Shown: positions 50,248-60,775, counted from the stretch's first letter. The stretch: DNA of 64,000 bases from an uncultured Candidatus Rokubacteria bacterium (GCA_963754315.1 CAVWFS010000007.1:64001-128000), one strand, 5' to 3'. Numbers and translations: made by a program. Notes: generated by a model from the sequence alone, not told the origin.

Positions 50248-51045
50248 ATGAAGGTGGGAGTCGTCGGACTCGGTGCCATCGGGCGCAAGGTCTGCGAGGC
50301 TCTCGACGCCGGGATCCCGGGGCTGACCTTGGCCGCGGTGACCGCCCGTGACCGCGCGCGAGGCGAGCGCTTCCTGAAGGGTTTGTCCCGGACCTCGCCC
50401 TTCGTCGACCTGGACACGTTGGTGGCCGTATCCGATCTCGTGGTCGAAGCGTCGACCCAGGCGCACCTGGCCGAGATCGCTCCGAAAGCGCTCGGGGCCG
50501 GCCGTCAGCTGGTGGTTCTCTCCTGCGGCGGCCTGCTTGGGCGTGACGACTGGGTGAACCTGGCCGCGGCCAACGGGGGCCGTATCTTGGTACCCTCGGC
50601 GGCCATTGCTGGTCTCGACGGGGTGAAGGGCGCGCGAATCGGGACAATCACGTCCGTCACCATGGAAACGCGAAAACCACCGCGCGGTTTGGAGGGCGCG
50701 CCGTGGATCACCCAGAGGCGAATCGACCTCAGTGCGATCACGGCAGAGACGCTGATCTTCGAAGGATCGGCCCGCGAAGCCTGCCAGGCCTTTCCCGCCA
50801 ATGTCAACGTGGTCGCCGCCCTTTCCTTGGCCGGGGTGGGGCCCGAGCGGACGCGCATCAAGATCTTTGCTGTTCCGGGGCTGGACCGAAATCGACACCG
50901 CGTTCACGTCGAGGGCGAGTTCGGTCAACTGAACGTTGAGATCGCCAACGTCCCCTCGGAGAATCCGCGGACCGGCAAGCTCTCGTATCTGTCGACCATC
51001 GCGCTGCTGCGCGACCTCGGTTCAGCCCTCCGGGTCGGGAGCTAG
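50248..51045 (+). CDS. nadX: L-aspartate dehydrogenase
   Basis: GLGAIG, VVEAS, FEGSAREA, FPANVNV, NPRTG. Confidence 0.9.
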   Translation: MKVGVVGLGAIGRKVCEALDAGIPGLTLAAVTARDRARGERFLKGLSRTSPFVDLDTLVAVSDLVVEASTQAHLAEIAPKALGAGRQLVVLSCGGLLGRDDWVNLAAANGGRILVPSAAIAGLDGVKGARIGTITSVTMETRKPPRGLEGAPWITQRRIDLSAITAETLIFEGSAREACQAFPANVNVVAALSLAGVGPERTRIKIFAVPGLDRNRHRVHVEGEFGQLNVEIANVPSENPRTGKLSYLSTIALLRDLGSALRVGS

Positions 51046-51097
51046 CGCGCGGACGAACCGGCGGCGACTCGCGACCCCCGACGCTGAGCACTTCGCG

Positions 51098-52036
51098 TCA
51101 GGAGCCGGTGGAGGCTTCGAGGTAGCGCTCGGCTTCGAGAGCGGCCATACACCCGGTGCCGGCCGCGGTGACCGCCTGCCGAAAGACGTAGTCGGCGGCA
51201 TCGCCGGCGGCGAACACTCCGGGTACCGAGGTCTGGGTGGTGCCGGGAACGACCTTGATATAGCCGTTAGGCAGAAGCTCGACCTGGTCACGGAAGAGGC
51301 CAGTGTTGGGGTCGTGGCCGATGGCGATGAAGAGCCCGTCCACGGGGCGGTCCTGCTGGGCGCCAGTCACGACGTCGCGGAGGCGGACACCGGTGACCCG
51401 GCCCTTCTCCACGTCGAAGATGTCGTCAACGACGGTGTTCCAGATGAACTCGATCTTGGGATTCTTGAAGGCGTGCTCCTGCATGATCTTCGACGCCCGC
51501 AAGGTGTCCCGCCGGTGCACCACTTCCACCTTGCGCCCGAGACGGGCCAGATACAGAGCCTCCTCGAGCGCTGAGTCTCCGCCCCCGACCACCATGATGG
51601 TCTGGTCCTTGAAGAAAAACCCGTCGCAGGTGGCGCACGTGGAGACGCCGCGTCCCATCAGCTTCGTCTCCGCCGGCAAACCCAGAAGCTTGGCAGAGGC
51701 GCCGGTCGCGATGATGACAGCGCCCGCTTCCTGCTGCTGCTCGCCCGCCTTCACGATGAACGGGCGCCGGCTGAAGTCCACCGTCGTGACGTCCTCGCCG
51801 ATCATCTCCGCTCCGAACCGTTCCGCCTGCTTGCGCATGACCTCCATGAGCTCCGGACCCATGACGCCGTCCACGAATCCTGGATAGTTCTCCACGAGCG
51901 TCGTCAGCATGAGCTGGCCGCCCGATTGAACTCCGGTGAACATGAGTGGGGCCAGATTGGCGCGGGCAGCGTAAATGGCCGCGGCGTAGCCGGCGGGCCC
52001 GGAGCCGATGATGATGACCTTGCGTGTCACAGGCAT
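51098..52036 (-). CDS. trxB: Thioredoxin reductase
   Basis: GSGPAG, CATC, GGGDSA, RQAVTAAGTG. Confidence 0.97.
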   Translation of the reverse strand: MPVTRKVIIIGSGPAGYAAAIYAARANLAPLMFTGVQSGGQLMLTTLVENYPGFVDGVMGPELMEVMRKQAERFGAEMIGEDVTTVDFSRRPFIVKAGEQQQEAGAVIIATGASAKLLGLPAETKLMGRGVSTCATCDGFFFKDQTIMVVGGGDSALEEALYLARLGRKVEVVHRRDTLRASKIMQEHAFKNPKIEFIWNTVVDDIFDVEKGRVTGVRLRDVVTGAQQDRPVDGLFIAIGHDPNTGLFRDQVELLPNGYIKVVPGTTQTSVPGVFAAGDAADYVFRQAVTAAGTGCMAALEAERYLEASTGS

Positions 52037-52109
52037 CTGGACTGTGTCCTCTCCTTTGTTAGGATGCCCACGCCGGGGCCGGGGATCCCAGCACCAAGGC
52101 GCGGGTTCG

Positions 52110-52862
52110 TCAGGCAGACTCGAGAATGGCTCTCAGCTCGCCGAGATCGTGCACCTCGAACTCTGGAGGTGTGATCCCGGCCGGCAATGGTTCGGCGCCG
52201 CGATTGATCCACACGGCATGCATGCCCGCCCGCTGGGCACCGACGACGTCGATGTCGGCTCGGTCACCCACGAAGAGCGCCTGCGAAGGCGCGACCTGCA
52301 GGCGCTCGAGGGCGTGCGCGAAGATCGCCGGATGCGGTTTGCGCCAGCCGACCTCGTCCGACACCACGATCGCGTCGAAGAGCCCGGCCACGCCGGCTCG
52401 ATCGAGAATGTCGAGGGCGGTCGGGGTGTAGTCGAAGTTCGAGACCACCGCCAGCCGCGAGCGCTCGCTGAGGTCTCTGAGGAGCGGCCCGTGATGGGCG
52501 GGAAAGTCGGCGGCGCGGCCCAGCTCGCGGCGGTGGGTGTCGACGAGATCGGTCACCAGTGTCGGGGGAAGCGCGGCCGGGTCGAGAGCCAGCCGCCGCA
52601 GGAAGTCTCGGAAGCGTTGCGGCGCCGGCACCTCGCGCGCATCGAGCGCACGCAGGCGTTCTGCTTCGCGCCAGCTGTCCCGCAGCGCTCCGTAGCAGGC
52701 TTCCAGGGTGACCCCGGGCGCATCGCGCCCGAGCCGCTCGTGGAGCAGGCGCGCCGTCGTGTGCACTCGCTGGCCGTTGATCTCGACCAGCGGCAAGCGC
52801 GTCGAGTCGAACAGCACGAGGGTGTCGAAGAGGTCGAAGAGGACGGCCGCGTAGCGGGTCAC
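52110..52862 (-). CDS. HAD-family hydrolase
   Basis: FDLFDTL, VVSN, KPHPAIF, VGDRADIDVVGA. Confidence 0.92.
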   Translation of the reverse strand: MTRYAAVLFDLFDTLVLFDSTRLPLVEINGQRVHTTARLLHERLGRDAPGVTLEACYGALRDSWREAERLRALDAREVPAPQRFRDFLRRLALDPAALPPTLVTDLVDTHRRELGRAADFPAHHGPLLRDLSERSRLAVVSNFDYTPTALDILDRAGVAGLFDAIVVSDEVGWRKPHPAIFAHALERLQVAPSQALFVGDRADIDVVGAQRAGMHAVWINRGAEPLPAGITPPEFEVHDLGELRAILESA

Positions 52863-53266
52863 AGCGGCTTCCTTCCCGCGTAGCCCTCGTCGAGCCCATG
52901 CCAGAAGCTAATTGCCTGCTCGCCGTATTTCCAGCAGAGATGGACCTCTTCCCCTCGCCGTAGGTGCGGGAAATCGACGAGGCCGAGGCCGAGGTCTTTG
53001 GGTACGCCACCGAGCTTCTGGATCTCCTCGAGTCCTTTCTGCACGACGCGCGTCGCGCGCTCCGCTGTCTCTCGGTCCCGGCGCCACTGGGTCTGGTCGA
53101 TCACGCCACCTCCCGAGAAGTTGATGCGCTGCCCTTCGGCGTGCAACCGTTCACGGGCCGCCAGGGCGTCCTGTTGGGCGCTCCTGACCCGTTCCATGAT
53201 CGCGGTGAGACGCGGGATGAGTGCTTCGACCTCGGCTGGGGTGAAGTGGCGTGGGGGAGGCGTCAT
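52859..53266 (-). CDS. DUF2203 family protein
   Basis: FTPAEVEALIP, KDLGLGLVDFP, LCWKYGE, WHGLDEGYAGRKPL. Confidence 0.88.
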   Translation of the reverse strand: MTPPPRHFTPAEVEALIPRLTAIMERVRSAQQDALAARERLHAEGQRINFSGGGVIDQTQWRRDRETAERATRVVQKGLEEIQKLGGVPKDLGLGLVDFPHLRRGEEVHLCWKYGEQAISFWHGLDEGYAGRKPL

Positions 53267-53586
53267 GCGTGCGGCGGCGGAGGCGTCACGACGACAAGGA
53301 CGATGAGCGGTGTCGCCCCGCTATTGACGACGCCGTGGACGGCTCCCGCCTTGGCCACCACGGCCTCTCCGGGCGCCACCGCTTCCTCGATTCCGTCGAG
53401 ATGAATGCGGCCGTGGCCCTCCAGGACGACGTAGAGCTTGTCCTGGTCCGCGTGGGCGTGCGGCTTCTGCGTCTGCCCGGGAGCCAAACAGTACAGATCG
53501 ACCAGCACGCGCGGGGTGGACGCGAGCAGAACCTTCGCCATCTTATCAGCCTGCATCGTGACGTGGTCACGCAACCGGATCTTCAT
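53263..53586 (-). CDS. Cupin-domain protein
   Basis: PHAHADQDKLYVVLEG, GAVHGVVN. Start MKIRL at 53586. Confidence 0.88.
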   Translation of the reverse strand: MKIRLRDHVTMQADKMAKVLLASTPRVLVDLYCLAPGQTQKPHAHADQDKLYVVLEGHGRIHLDGIEEAVAPGEAVVAKAGAVHGVVNSGATPLIVLVVVTPPPPHA

Positions 53587-54848
53587 ATCCCGCGGCTCCT
53601 CTCCCCTGCCTCGACGGCGCGCGCCAGCAGCTCGACCGGGTGCCGGACCTCCAGATCGAGGCGGCGCCGGCGCGCTCCCTTGGCGATCTGCAGGACGCAG
53701 CCGGGGTTCCCGGCGGCGACGACGCGGGCCCCCGTGGCGACGATCCGCTCGAGCTTCATGGCCAGCAGGCGATCCGACATTTCCGGCTCGAGTAGATTGT
53801 AGACGCCGGCGCTGCCGCAACACAGATCACTGTCCTGGAGCTCCACCAGTGAGAGCCCGGGGATACGCGCGAGCAGTGCGCGTGGCTGAGTGCGCACGCG
53901 TTGGCCATGCGCCAGGTGACAGGCGTCGTGATAGGTCACGGTCACCGCGAGGACACCGAGAGGCAACTCGGCGTCCGCGAGCACTTCGGTCACGTCGCGC
54001 GTGCGGCCGGCCAGACGTTGAGCGGCCGCCGACGCCGGCCAGGTGTGACCGTACTCGCGCATGGTGGCGCCGCACCCGGCGGCGTTGGTGACGACGAAGT
54101 CGAGATCGTCCGGGAACGCAACGGTCAGCATCTGGGCGCGCTCACGGTATGGCTCCACCCGCCCTGCATGAAGATCAAGCGCTCCGCAGCAACCTTGGTT
54201 GCGCGGCACCAGGACATCGTAACCGGCCAGGGCGAGGAGGGTCACGGTATCGCGGTGGACCGATGGGAACACGTGGCGCTGCACGCACCCGGTGAGAAGG
54301 CCAACCCGGCCACGGCGCCGTCCGCGCGCCCGTGTCAGCTCCGGGATGGTGATCGCGCGGGGAACATCCGGCAAGAGCGCCTCCATGCCCGCCAGCGATG
54401 ACACGCGCGCGAGCAGACCAGTGCGGCGGACCAGGGAGCGGAGGCCCGTGCGCTGGTACAGTCGCAGGGCAGCCAGCGCCCTGCCCAGGCGGTCCGGATA
54501 CGGGAACAGCGCGAAGATCGCGCGCTCGAGGGACCGCCGGCGCGAGGCCGGGCGGGCAGCTCGGAGCTGGGCACGCGTGGCCTCGAGCAGCGAGCCAAAG
54601 GCGACCCCCGAGGGGCACGCCGTCTCGCACGCGCGACAGCCGAGGCAGAGATCCATATGTCGCGCGAAGCTCTCGCTCAGGGAGGCTCGCCCCTCGGCGG
54701 CGGCGCGCATCAGATAGATCCGTCCCCGGGGCGAGTCCATCTCTTCCCCGAGGACGCGGTAGGTCGGGCATTGGGGCAGACAAATCCCGCAGTGGACACA
54801 CTTGCGGATCTCGTCGAGGCTCGGCGCGAGCGGGGTCACGCCCGTCAC
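53583..54848 (-). CDS. glcF: Glycolate oxidase iron-sulfur subunit
   Basis: CVHCGICLPQCP, CLGCRACETACP, two CCG motifs. Confidence 0.9.
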   Translation of the reverse strand: MTGVTPLAPSLDEIRKCVHCGICLPQCPTYRVLGEEMDSPRGRIYLMRAAAEGRASLSESFARHMDLCLGCRACETACPSGVAFGSLLEATRAQLRAARPASRRRSLERAIFALFPYPDRLGRALAALRLYQRTGLRSLVRRTGLLARVSSLAGMEALLPDVPRAITIPELTRARGRRRGRVGLLTGCVQRHVFPSVHRDTVTLLALAGYDVLVPRNQGCCGALDLHAGRVEPYRERAQMLTVAFPDDLDFVVTNAAGCGATMREYGHTWPASAAAQRLAGRTRDVTEVLADAELPLGVLAVTVTYHDACHLAHGQRVRTQPRALLARIPGLSLVELQDSDLCCGSAGVYNLLEPEMSDRLLAMKLERIVATGARVVAAGNPGCVLQIAKGARRRRLDLEVRHPVELLARAVEAGERSRGI

Positions 54849-56153
54849 AGCCCACCGACGAAGCGGCCGGGATTCAAGATTCCTTCGGGATCGAACTCCC
54901 GCTTGAGGGTCTGCATTAGCGCCAATGGCTCGGGTGCCACCGGGCCCCAGGGATCGACGGCGCGCCGGACGGCGATCGGGGCCCGCTCGACGATCACGCT
55001 CCCCGCCACCGGCTCCACGAGCGCACGTGCTCGCGAGAGCAACGCCACGGCTTCCTCGAGGCCCGCTCCACTCAATTCGGCCCGCAAGGCACCGAGGACG
55101 GCCGAGCCCGTGATGCTAAGGGTGGCTGCCGGCGCGACGTCGGCCGCCGCCCGCTCGAGACCGGTGACGCTATCCGCAAGGACGCTCGGCAATGTTCCCA
55201 CGCGCAAGGTGACCACGTCGGACGAATCGGGACCGGCGCCGTGGCGGGGCCAACGGTCGTGGGCGACCTCGCTCATCACGCCATTCGCCTGGCGTGCTCG
55301 TCCTTCGATTCGAGCCTGCTGATCGAGCACTGAGGCCTCCACGCTGCCCACCGACACCACGATCGCGGCCGCCGCCGGCATCTCGGTCCAGGCTCGGGCC
55401 GCCATCCGGTTGAGCCACTCCACGCGATTCGGTTGCAGGGCCGAGTCCATCAGCGATGCCACGAATGCCTGCGCACTCTGGGCTGCCCCGAACGTCACGA
55501 TCCAAGTCCGTTCGCAATTTGGCAGAGGGTGCAGCCGCAGAGTCAGCTCGGACAAGATCCCCAGCGTTCCCAGCGAACCGACCATGAGCTTGGGAATGTC
55601 ATAGCCCGTCACGGACTTGACCACCTTGGCTCCACCCCAGGTGACCACGCCGTCGGCCTGCACGAACCGGACTCCTAGGAGCAGATCGCGGCTCGTCCCG
55701 TAGCGAACACGAAGCGGCCCGCTCGCATTGGTCGCCACCACTCCCCCGATCGTCCGCGTCGCGGCGCCCGGGGGATCGAGGGGAAGAAACTGCCCCCGCG
55801 CGCGCAGCGGGGCCTCGAGGCGTCCGAGGGTCGCCCCGGCTCCCACGGTCATGGTGAGGTCATCGGGGTTGTATTCCAAGATTCGGTCCATGCGCTGGAG
55901 GTCGACGACGAGGTCGACGCGCGTTGGAGGATGTCCGAGGGCCATCGCACTGCCGCTGCCACGAGGGACGACGACGAGCCTCTCGGCGTGCGCGAGCCCC
56001 AGCAGGGCGCCCAGCTCCTCCGTCGTAGCGGGCGCTGCCACCCAGCGCGGCGACCACACCGTCCACGGTCCGGCCGACCTCGCCGCTTTGCACGGCGTCG
56101 ACACCCACGATGGCGCCGAACGCATCGGACAGCGAGCGGGTGGAAACCGCCAC
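54845..56153 (-). CDS. glcE: Glycolate oxidase FAD subunit, frameshifted near 56050
   Basis: GAKVVKSVTGYD, FDPEGILNPGRF. N-terminus from 56153 joins PRWVAAP after a +1 shift. Confidence 0.85.
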
Positions 56154-56154
56154 C

Positions 56155-57600
56155 CTAGATCCAGGCTCCCGCCGGCAGTTGAGGCCGGGGAGCGCGGAAA
56201 CTCTCGCCGCAGGCGGGATGGGTTGGCAGCAGCTTGTCGGGGTTCATGATGCCGTCGGGATCGAAGACTCGCCGGAGGCGATACATGAAGTTCAGGTCGG
56301 CGTCGGCGTACTGCAGCGGCAACTTCATGGCCTTGTCCAGGCCGACCCCGTGCTCGCCGGTCACGCTGCCCCCGAGGGCGATGCAGGCATTCATCAACTC
56401 CTCGTTCGCCTGCTTGGCGCGCTCCAGCTCCTCCGGGTCCCGATCGTCAAAGCAGATGAGCGGATGCAGGTTGCCGTCGCCGGCATGAAACACGTTGGCC
56501 AGGAGCACGCGATGGCGCGCGGCGATCGCCGCCATCTCGCGCATGATGTGAGGGAGCTTCGATCGGGGCACAACCGCGTCCTGGAGGAGATACGTCGGGG
56601 CGAGCCGGCCGACCGCGCCCGCGGCCTCCTTGCGGCCCTTCCAGAGGAGGGCCCGCTCAGTCTCGTCCCGGGCTACCCGGACCTCGATGGCGCCCCGCTC
56701 GCGACACAGGGCTGCGGCGCGTTCCCCCTCAACCTCGATCTCGGCGCGCGGACCATCCAGCTCGATGAGGAGCACCGCGGCAGCACCCTCAGGGAATCCG
56801 GCCCCCACGCCCGCATTGATGGCGCCGATCATCACGTCGTCGAGCATCTCCAGGGCGGCCGGGATCATCCCGGCGGCGATGATCGCCGACACGGCCTCGG
56901 CCGCCGCCTCCATCGAGGCAAACGAGGCCAGCGCCGTTTTCACCGCCTCCGCCTCGTGAAGGAGACGGACGAGGACGGCAGTAACCAGGCCAAAGGTCCC
57001 TTCGGAGCCCACCGTGACACCGGTGAGATCGTAGCCGGGTCGATCCGGAGTCTTGCCACCCATCCAAACGAGGTCACCGCTTCCAGTGACGAGCTGGAGA
57101 CCCAGCACATGGTTGGTGGTGATCCCGTACTTCAGGCAGTGAGGCCCGCCGGCGTTCGTGGAGACGTTGCCACCGATCGACGAGACCATCTGGCTGGAGG
57201 GGTCCGGCGCGAAGAAGTAGCCGCGCTCCCTCACGGCGTGGGTCAGCCACAGGTTGATCAGCCCGGGCTGTACGAGGGCGCACCGGTTGGGCAGATCCAG
57301 CTCGAGGATACGGTTCATTCGTGTGGTGGACACCATGACCCCACCGCGCGGGGCCATGGCCCCGCCGATCAGCCCGGTTCCCGAACCGCGGGGAACCAGG
57401 GGCGTGCCTGCCCGTCGACACGCGCGGGCCACCTCGCGGACTTGCTCGGCGGTGGTGGGAAGGACAACCGCGTCCGGGGCGCCCTTGTAGAAGGTGTGCA
57501 TGTCGCACTCGTAGACGAGACGGCCTTCGGAGGACACCACGAGACCGTCGCGTCCGACGATGGCTTCCAGCTCGGCAAGAAAGGCGAGGGTCAGCCCCAC
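56155..57600 (-). CDS. glcD: Glycolate oxidase subunit
   Basis: PRGSGTG, APDPSSQ, NAGGPHCLKYG, HAGDGNLHP, GEHGVG. Confidence 0.92.
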   Translation of the reverse strand: MGLTLAFLAELEAIVGRDGLVVSSEGRLVYECDMHTFYKGAPDAVVLPTTAEQVREVARACRRAGTPLVPRGSGTGLIGGAMAPRGGVMVSTTRMNRILELDLPNRCALVQPGLINLWLTHAVRERGYFFAPDPSSQMVSSIGGNVSTNAGGPHCLKYGITTNHVLGLQLVTGSGDLVWMGGKTPDRPGYDLTGVTVGSEGTFGLVTAVLVRLLHEAEAVKTALASFASMEAAAEAVSAIIAAGMIPAALEMLDDVMIGAINAGVGAGFPEGAAAVLLIELDGPRAEIEVEGERAAALCRERGAIEVRVARDETERALLWKGRKEAAGAVGRLAPTYLLQDAVVPRSKLPHIMREMAAIAARHRVLLANVFHAGDGNLHPLICFDDRDPEELERAKQANEELMNACIALGGSVTGEHGVGLDKAMKLPLQYADADLNFMYRLRRVFDPDGIMNPDKLLPTHPACGESFRAPRPQLPAGAWI

Positions 57601-57657
57601 GAGTCAGCGCAGAGATTCTCGGTAATGGCGACGCCTAGCCGATTGCGGAAACCCGCC

Positions 57658-57783
57658 GCGGGCCGATCAAACAGGGCCAGATGCTAGGCGGCGAGGAGAG
57701 GGGCGACTGAGGCGTATGCCGCATACGCCGCAGGGAGGCCCCGACGAGCCAACGACGCAGATGGCCCTGTTTCATCGGCCCGC
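57658..57783. mobile_element. MITE/REP-like palindromic element (~126 bp)
   Basis: 27-bp terminal inverted repeats (24/27 match) and central GGCGTATGC-C-GCATACGCC hairpin. Ends in CTAG at the korB stop. Confidence 0.7.
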
Positions 57784-58817
57784 TAGCCGATCCTCCAGGT
57801 GTCGCCTGAGGTGAGCAGCTTGGCGATGTCACCGGGGCCGCGCTCGCTGAGGACGCGCCGCTCCTGCTCCAGGATGAGATCCTCGTACACCGGTGCGGCG
57901 ATGCTGGAGAACACACCGATCGGCACGGGGAAGTCCGGCGCGAACAGGTCGGCCAGGAGCTTGGCGGCGTTGAGATTCGACTCGTCGTGGATCCAGAGGG
58001 CGCTCTCGGGGACATCCTTCGCGTCGACCACCTGTGGAGTCACGCCGTTCATGATGACCGCCTTGCGGGCGGTGGGCGGGCCGAACAGAAGCGGCTTCCC
58101 CTGCTCGAGCCGTAGTTCGTGCTGAACTTTCGACTCCTTGTCGTAGAGCACGTTCCACGCGAGGTCGTTGTACACGTTGCAATTCTGCAGGATCTCCAGG
58201 AACGCCGCGCCCTTGTGGGCGGCCGCCCGCCGCAACATCTCCTCCATGTGTGGGATGTTGCGGTCGACCGTGCGTGCCACGAACGTCGCTCCACACCCGA
58301 GGGCAAAGGCCAGCGGATTGACGGGCCGGTCGACGGAGCCGAGTGGCGTGGACTTGGTGATCTTACCCAGCTCGCTGGTCGGCGAGTACTGCCCCTTGGT
58401 GAGTCCGTAGATGCGGTTGTTGAAGAGCAGGATCGTCAGGCCCACGTTGCGGCGCAGGACGTGCAACATGTGGTTGCCGCCGATCGAAAGTCCGTCCCCG
58501 TCCCCGGTGACCACGAAGACCTTGAGATCCGGGCGTGCCACCCTGAGGCCGGTGGCGATGGCGGGCGCCCGTCCGTGGATGGTGTGGAAGCCGTAGGTAT
58601 TCATGTAATACGGGAATCGGCTCGAGCACCCGATGCCCGAGACAAAGACGATATTCTCGCGCGGAATGCCCAGATCGGGCATCGACTTCTGGACCGCGCT
58701 GAGGATGGCATAGTCCCCACAGCCCGGGCACCAGCGGACGTCCTGATCGGATTCGAAGTCCTTCTTGGTGTACTTCGGGGTGGGTGTGGCCGCTGCTCCC
58801 GCTCCGACAACGCTCAT
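57783..58817 (-). CDS. korB: 2-oxoacid:ferredoxin oxidoreductase beta subunit
   Basis: WCPGCG, GIGCSSR, GDGDG TPP motif, YGLTKGQYSPT. Confidence 0.95.
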   Translation of the reverse strand: MSVVGAGAAATPTPKYTKKDFESDQDVRWCPGCGDYAILSAVQKSMPDLGIPRENIVFVSGIGCSSRFPYYMNTYGFHTIHGRAPAIATGLRVARPDLKVFVVTGDGDGLSIGGNHMLHVLRRNVGLTILLFNNRIYGLTKGQYSPTSELGKITKSTPLGSVDRPVNPLAFALGCGATFVARTVDRNIPHMEEMLRRAAAHKGAAFLEILQNCNVYNDLAWNVLYDKESKVQHELRLEQGKPLLFGPPTARKAVIMNGVTPQVVDAKDVPESALWIHDESNLNAAKLLADLFAPDFPVPIGVFSSIAAPVYEDLILEQERRVLSERGPGDIAKLLTSGDTWRIG

Positions 58818-60685
58818 GACTGGCTCCCCAGCAGTTGATCGATCGCCTCGCAGATTTCCTCGGTGGCCAAGGGGAGGCCGCGCACGCGGTTGAAACCCAC
58901 CGCGTCCACCAGGTACTCAGCGCGGAGGATCCGGACGAGCTGCCCGCTGTTGATCTCGGGCACCAGCACCTTACGGTACTCGCGCAGGATGTGACCGAGG
59001 TCGGGCGGCAACGGGTTGAGGTACCGCAGGTGAATCGAGGCCACCGACTTACCGGCAATCTGAGCGCGCTCCACGGCGGCCGTGATGGCCCCGTACGTTC
59101 CGCCCCAGCCCACCACGAGCAGATCGCCGGTGGCCGGGCCATTGATCGACGTGGGCGTGATCTCCTGGGCTACCCGGCGCACCTTCTCGGCCCGCGTCCG
59201 CACCATGTGGTCATGGTTCTCTGGATCGTAGGAGATGTTGCCGGTGACGTCCTGCTTCTCGAGACCTCCGATACGGTGCTCGAGACCGGGTGTGCCCGGA
59301 CGCACCCAGGGACGCGCCAGCGTGGCCGGATCACGAAGGTACGGGAAGAAGCCTTCCTTCTCGGTGCGGAACTGGATGTCGAGCGGGGGCAAGGTTTCCG
59401 GATCGGGAATGAGCCAGGGCTCGGAGCCATTGGCCAGGAAGCCGTCGCTGAGGACCATCACCGGGACCATGTACTTGGCCGCGATGCGCACCGCTTCGTA
59501 GGCGATGTAGAAGCAGTCCCCCGGTGAGGCGGGGGCGAGCACCACGACCGGCGATTCACTGTTGCGCCCATAGAGGGCTTGCATCAGGTCCGCCTGCTCG
59601 GTCTTGGTGGGCAGGCCCGTCGAGGGGCCGCCGCGCTGGATGTCGAAAATGACCAGCGGCAATTCCGCCGTCACCGCGAGGCCGATCCCTTCGCTTTTCA
59701 GCGCGATACCGGGCCCGCTCGATCCGGTCACGCCGATGGCACCCCCAAACGCTGCGCCAATCGCCGCCGTCACCGCGGCGATCTCGTCTTCGGCTTGAAT
59801 CGTCCGGATGCCGAAGCGCTTGTGCATGGCGAGTTCCTCGAGAATGCTGCTGGCCGGGGTGATCGGGTACGCCCCATACACAATGGTCAGCTTCGACCGC
59901 TGGGCGGCGGCGAGCAGCCCCCACGCGAGCGCACGGTTGCCGGTCATCGCTCGGTAGAGCCCGGGCGCCATCTCGGCTGCCTCGATGGCGTAGTGCTCGG
60001 CGAAGATCTCGGCGGTTTCACCGAAGGCGTGTCCGGCTTTGAGCACGCGGGTGTTGGCTTCGGCGTAGATCGTGTTCTTGGCGAATCGCTTCCCGATCCA
60101 CTCGAGCGTGGGCTCGAGGGGGCGGGTGTAGATCCACGACACGAGGCCGAGGGCAAAGAAGTTCTTGGTCCGGTCCCGCTCTTTCGTATTGAGTGACAAA
60201 TCTTGAATCGCCTGGTGGGTGAGGCCGGTCATGTCGATCTTGTGCAGGCGATAGCGCTCCGACAACGTTGCATCGTCGAGCGGGTTACTGGGATAGCCGG
60301 CCTTGGTCAGGTTGCGCTCGTCGAAGGAGGCGGTGTTGACGAGAAGCAGGCCGCCCGGCTTGAGATCACGCAAGTGCACCTTGAGCGCGGCCGGGTTCAT
60401 GGCCACCAGACAATCCAGACGATCCCCCGGGGTGTACACGCGCTGGCTTCCGAACTGCAATTGAAAGCTCGAGACGCCGAAGAGCGTGCCGGCGGGCGCG
60501 CGGATCTCGGCGGGAAAGTTCGGCAGTGTTGCGATGTCGTTGCCGGCCCACGCGGACTCGGTGGTGAACTGCTCGCCCGTGAGCTGCATCCCGTCGCCAG
60601 AATCACCGGCGAAACGGATCACCGCGCGATCGAGCTCTTTCAGTCGCTTCTGGGCACCCGTGACGGGAGCCGCCGTCTCAGTCAT
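58814..60685 (-). CDS. korA: 2-oxoacid:ferredoxin oxidoreductase alpha subunit (gamma-alpha fusion)
   Basis: AGDSGDGMQLTG, YPITP, QAEDEIA, QRGGPSTGLPT. Confidence 0.95.
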   Translation of the reverse strand: MTETAAPVTGAQKRLKELDRAVIRFAGDSGDGMQLTGEQFTTESAWAGNDIATLPNFPAEIRAPAGTLFGVSSFQLQFGSQRVYTPGDRLDCLVAMNPAALKVHLRDLKPGGLLLVNTASFDERNLTKAGYPSNPLDDATLSERYRLHKIDMTGLTHQAIQDLSLNTKERDRTKNFFALGLVSWIYTRPLEPTLEWIGKRFAKNTIYAEANTRVLKAGHAFGETAEIFAEHYAIEAAEMAPGLYRAMTGNRALAWGLLAAAQRSKLTIVYGAYPITPASSILEELAMHKRFGIRTIQAEDEIAAVTAAIGAAFGGAIGVTGSSGPGIALKSEGIGLAVTAELPLVIFDIQRGGPSTGLPTKTEQADLMQALYGRNSESPVVVLAPASPGDCFYIAYEAVRIAAKYMVPVMVLSDGFLANGSEPWLIPDPETLPPLDIQFRTEKEGFFPYLRDPATLARPWVRPGTPGLEHRIGGLEKQDVTGNISYDPENHDHMVRTRAEKVRRVAQEITPTSINGPATGDLLVVGWGGTYGAITAAVERAQIAGKSVASIHLRYLNPLPPDLGHILREYRKVLVPEINSGQLVRILRAEYLVDAVGFNRVRGLPLATEEICEAIDQLLGSQS

Positions 60686-60746
60686 CGAGGTCCTCTCCTC
60701 TGCCGTCGCACATACCCTTGCCCCTCACCTCGGACAGTCCAACCCT

Positions 60747-60775
60747 AGTCTAGCGAAGAGGGTCCACCCCGGCAA
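60747..60775 (-). promoter_or_regulatory. Sigma70 promoter of korAB
   Basis: TTGCCG-N17-TAGACT. Confidence 0.55.
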
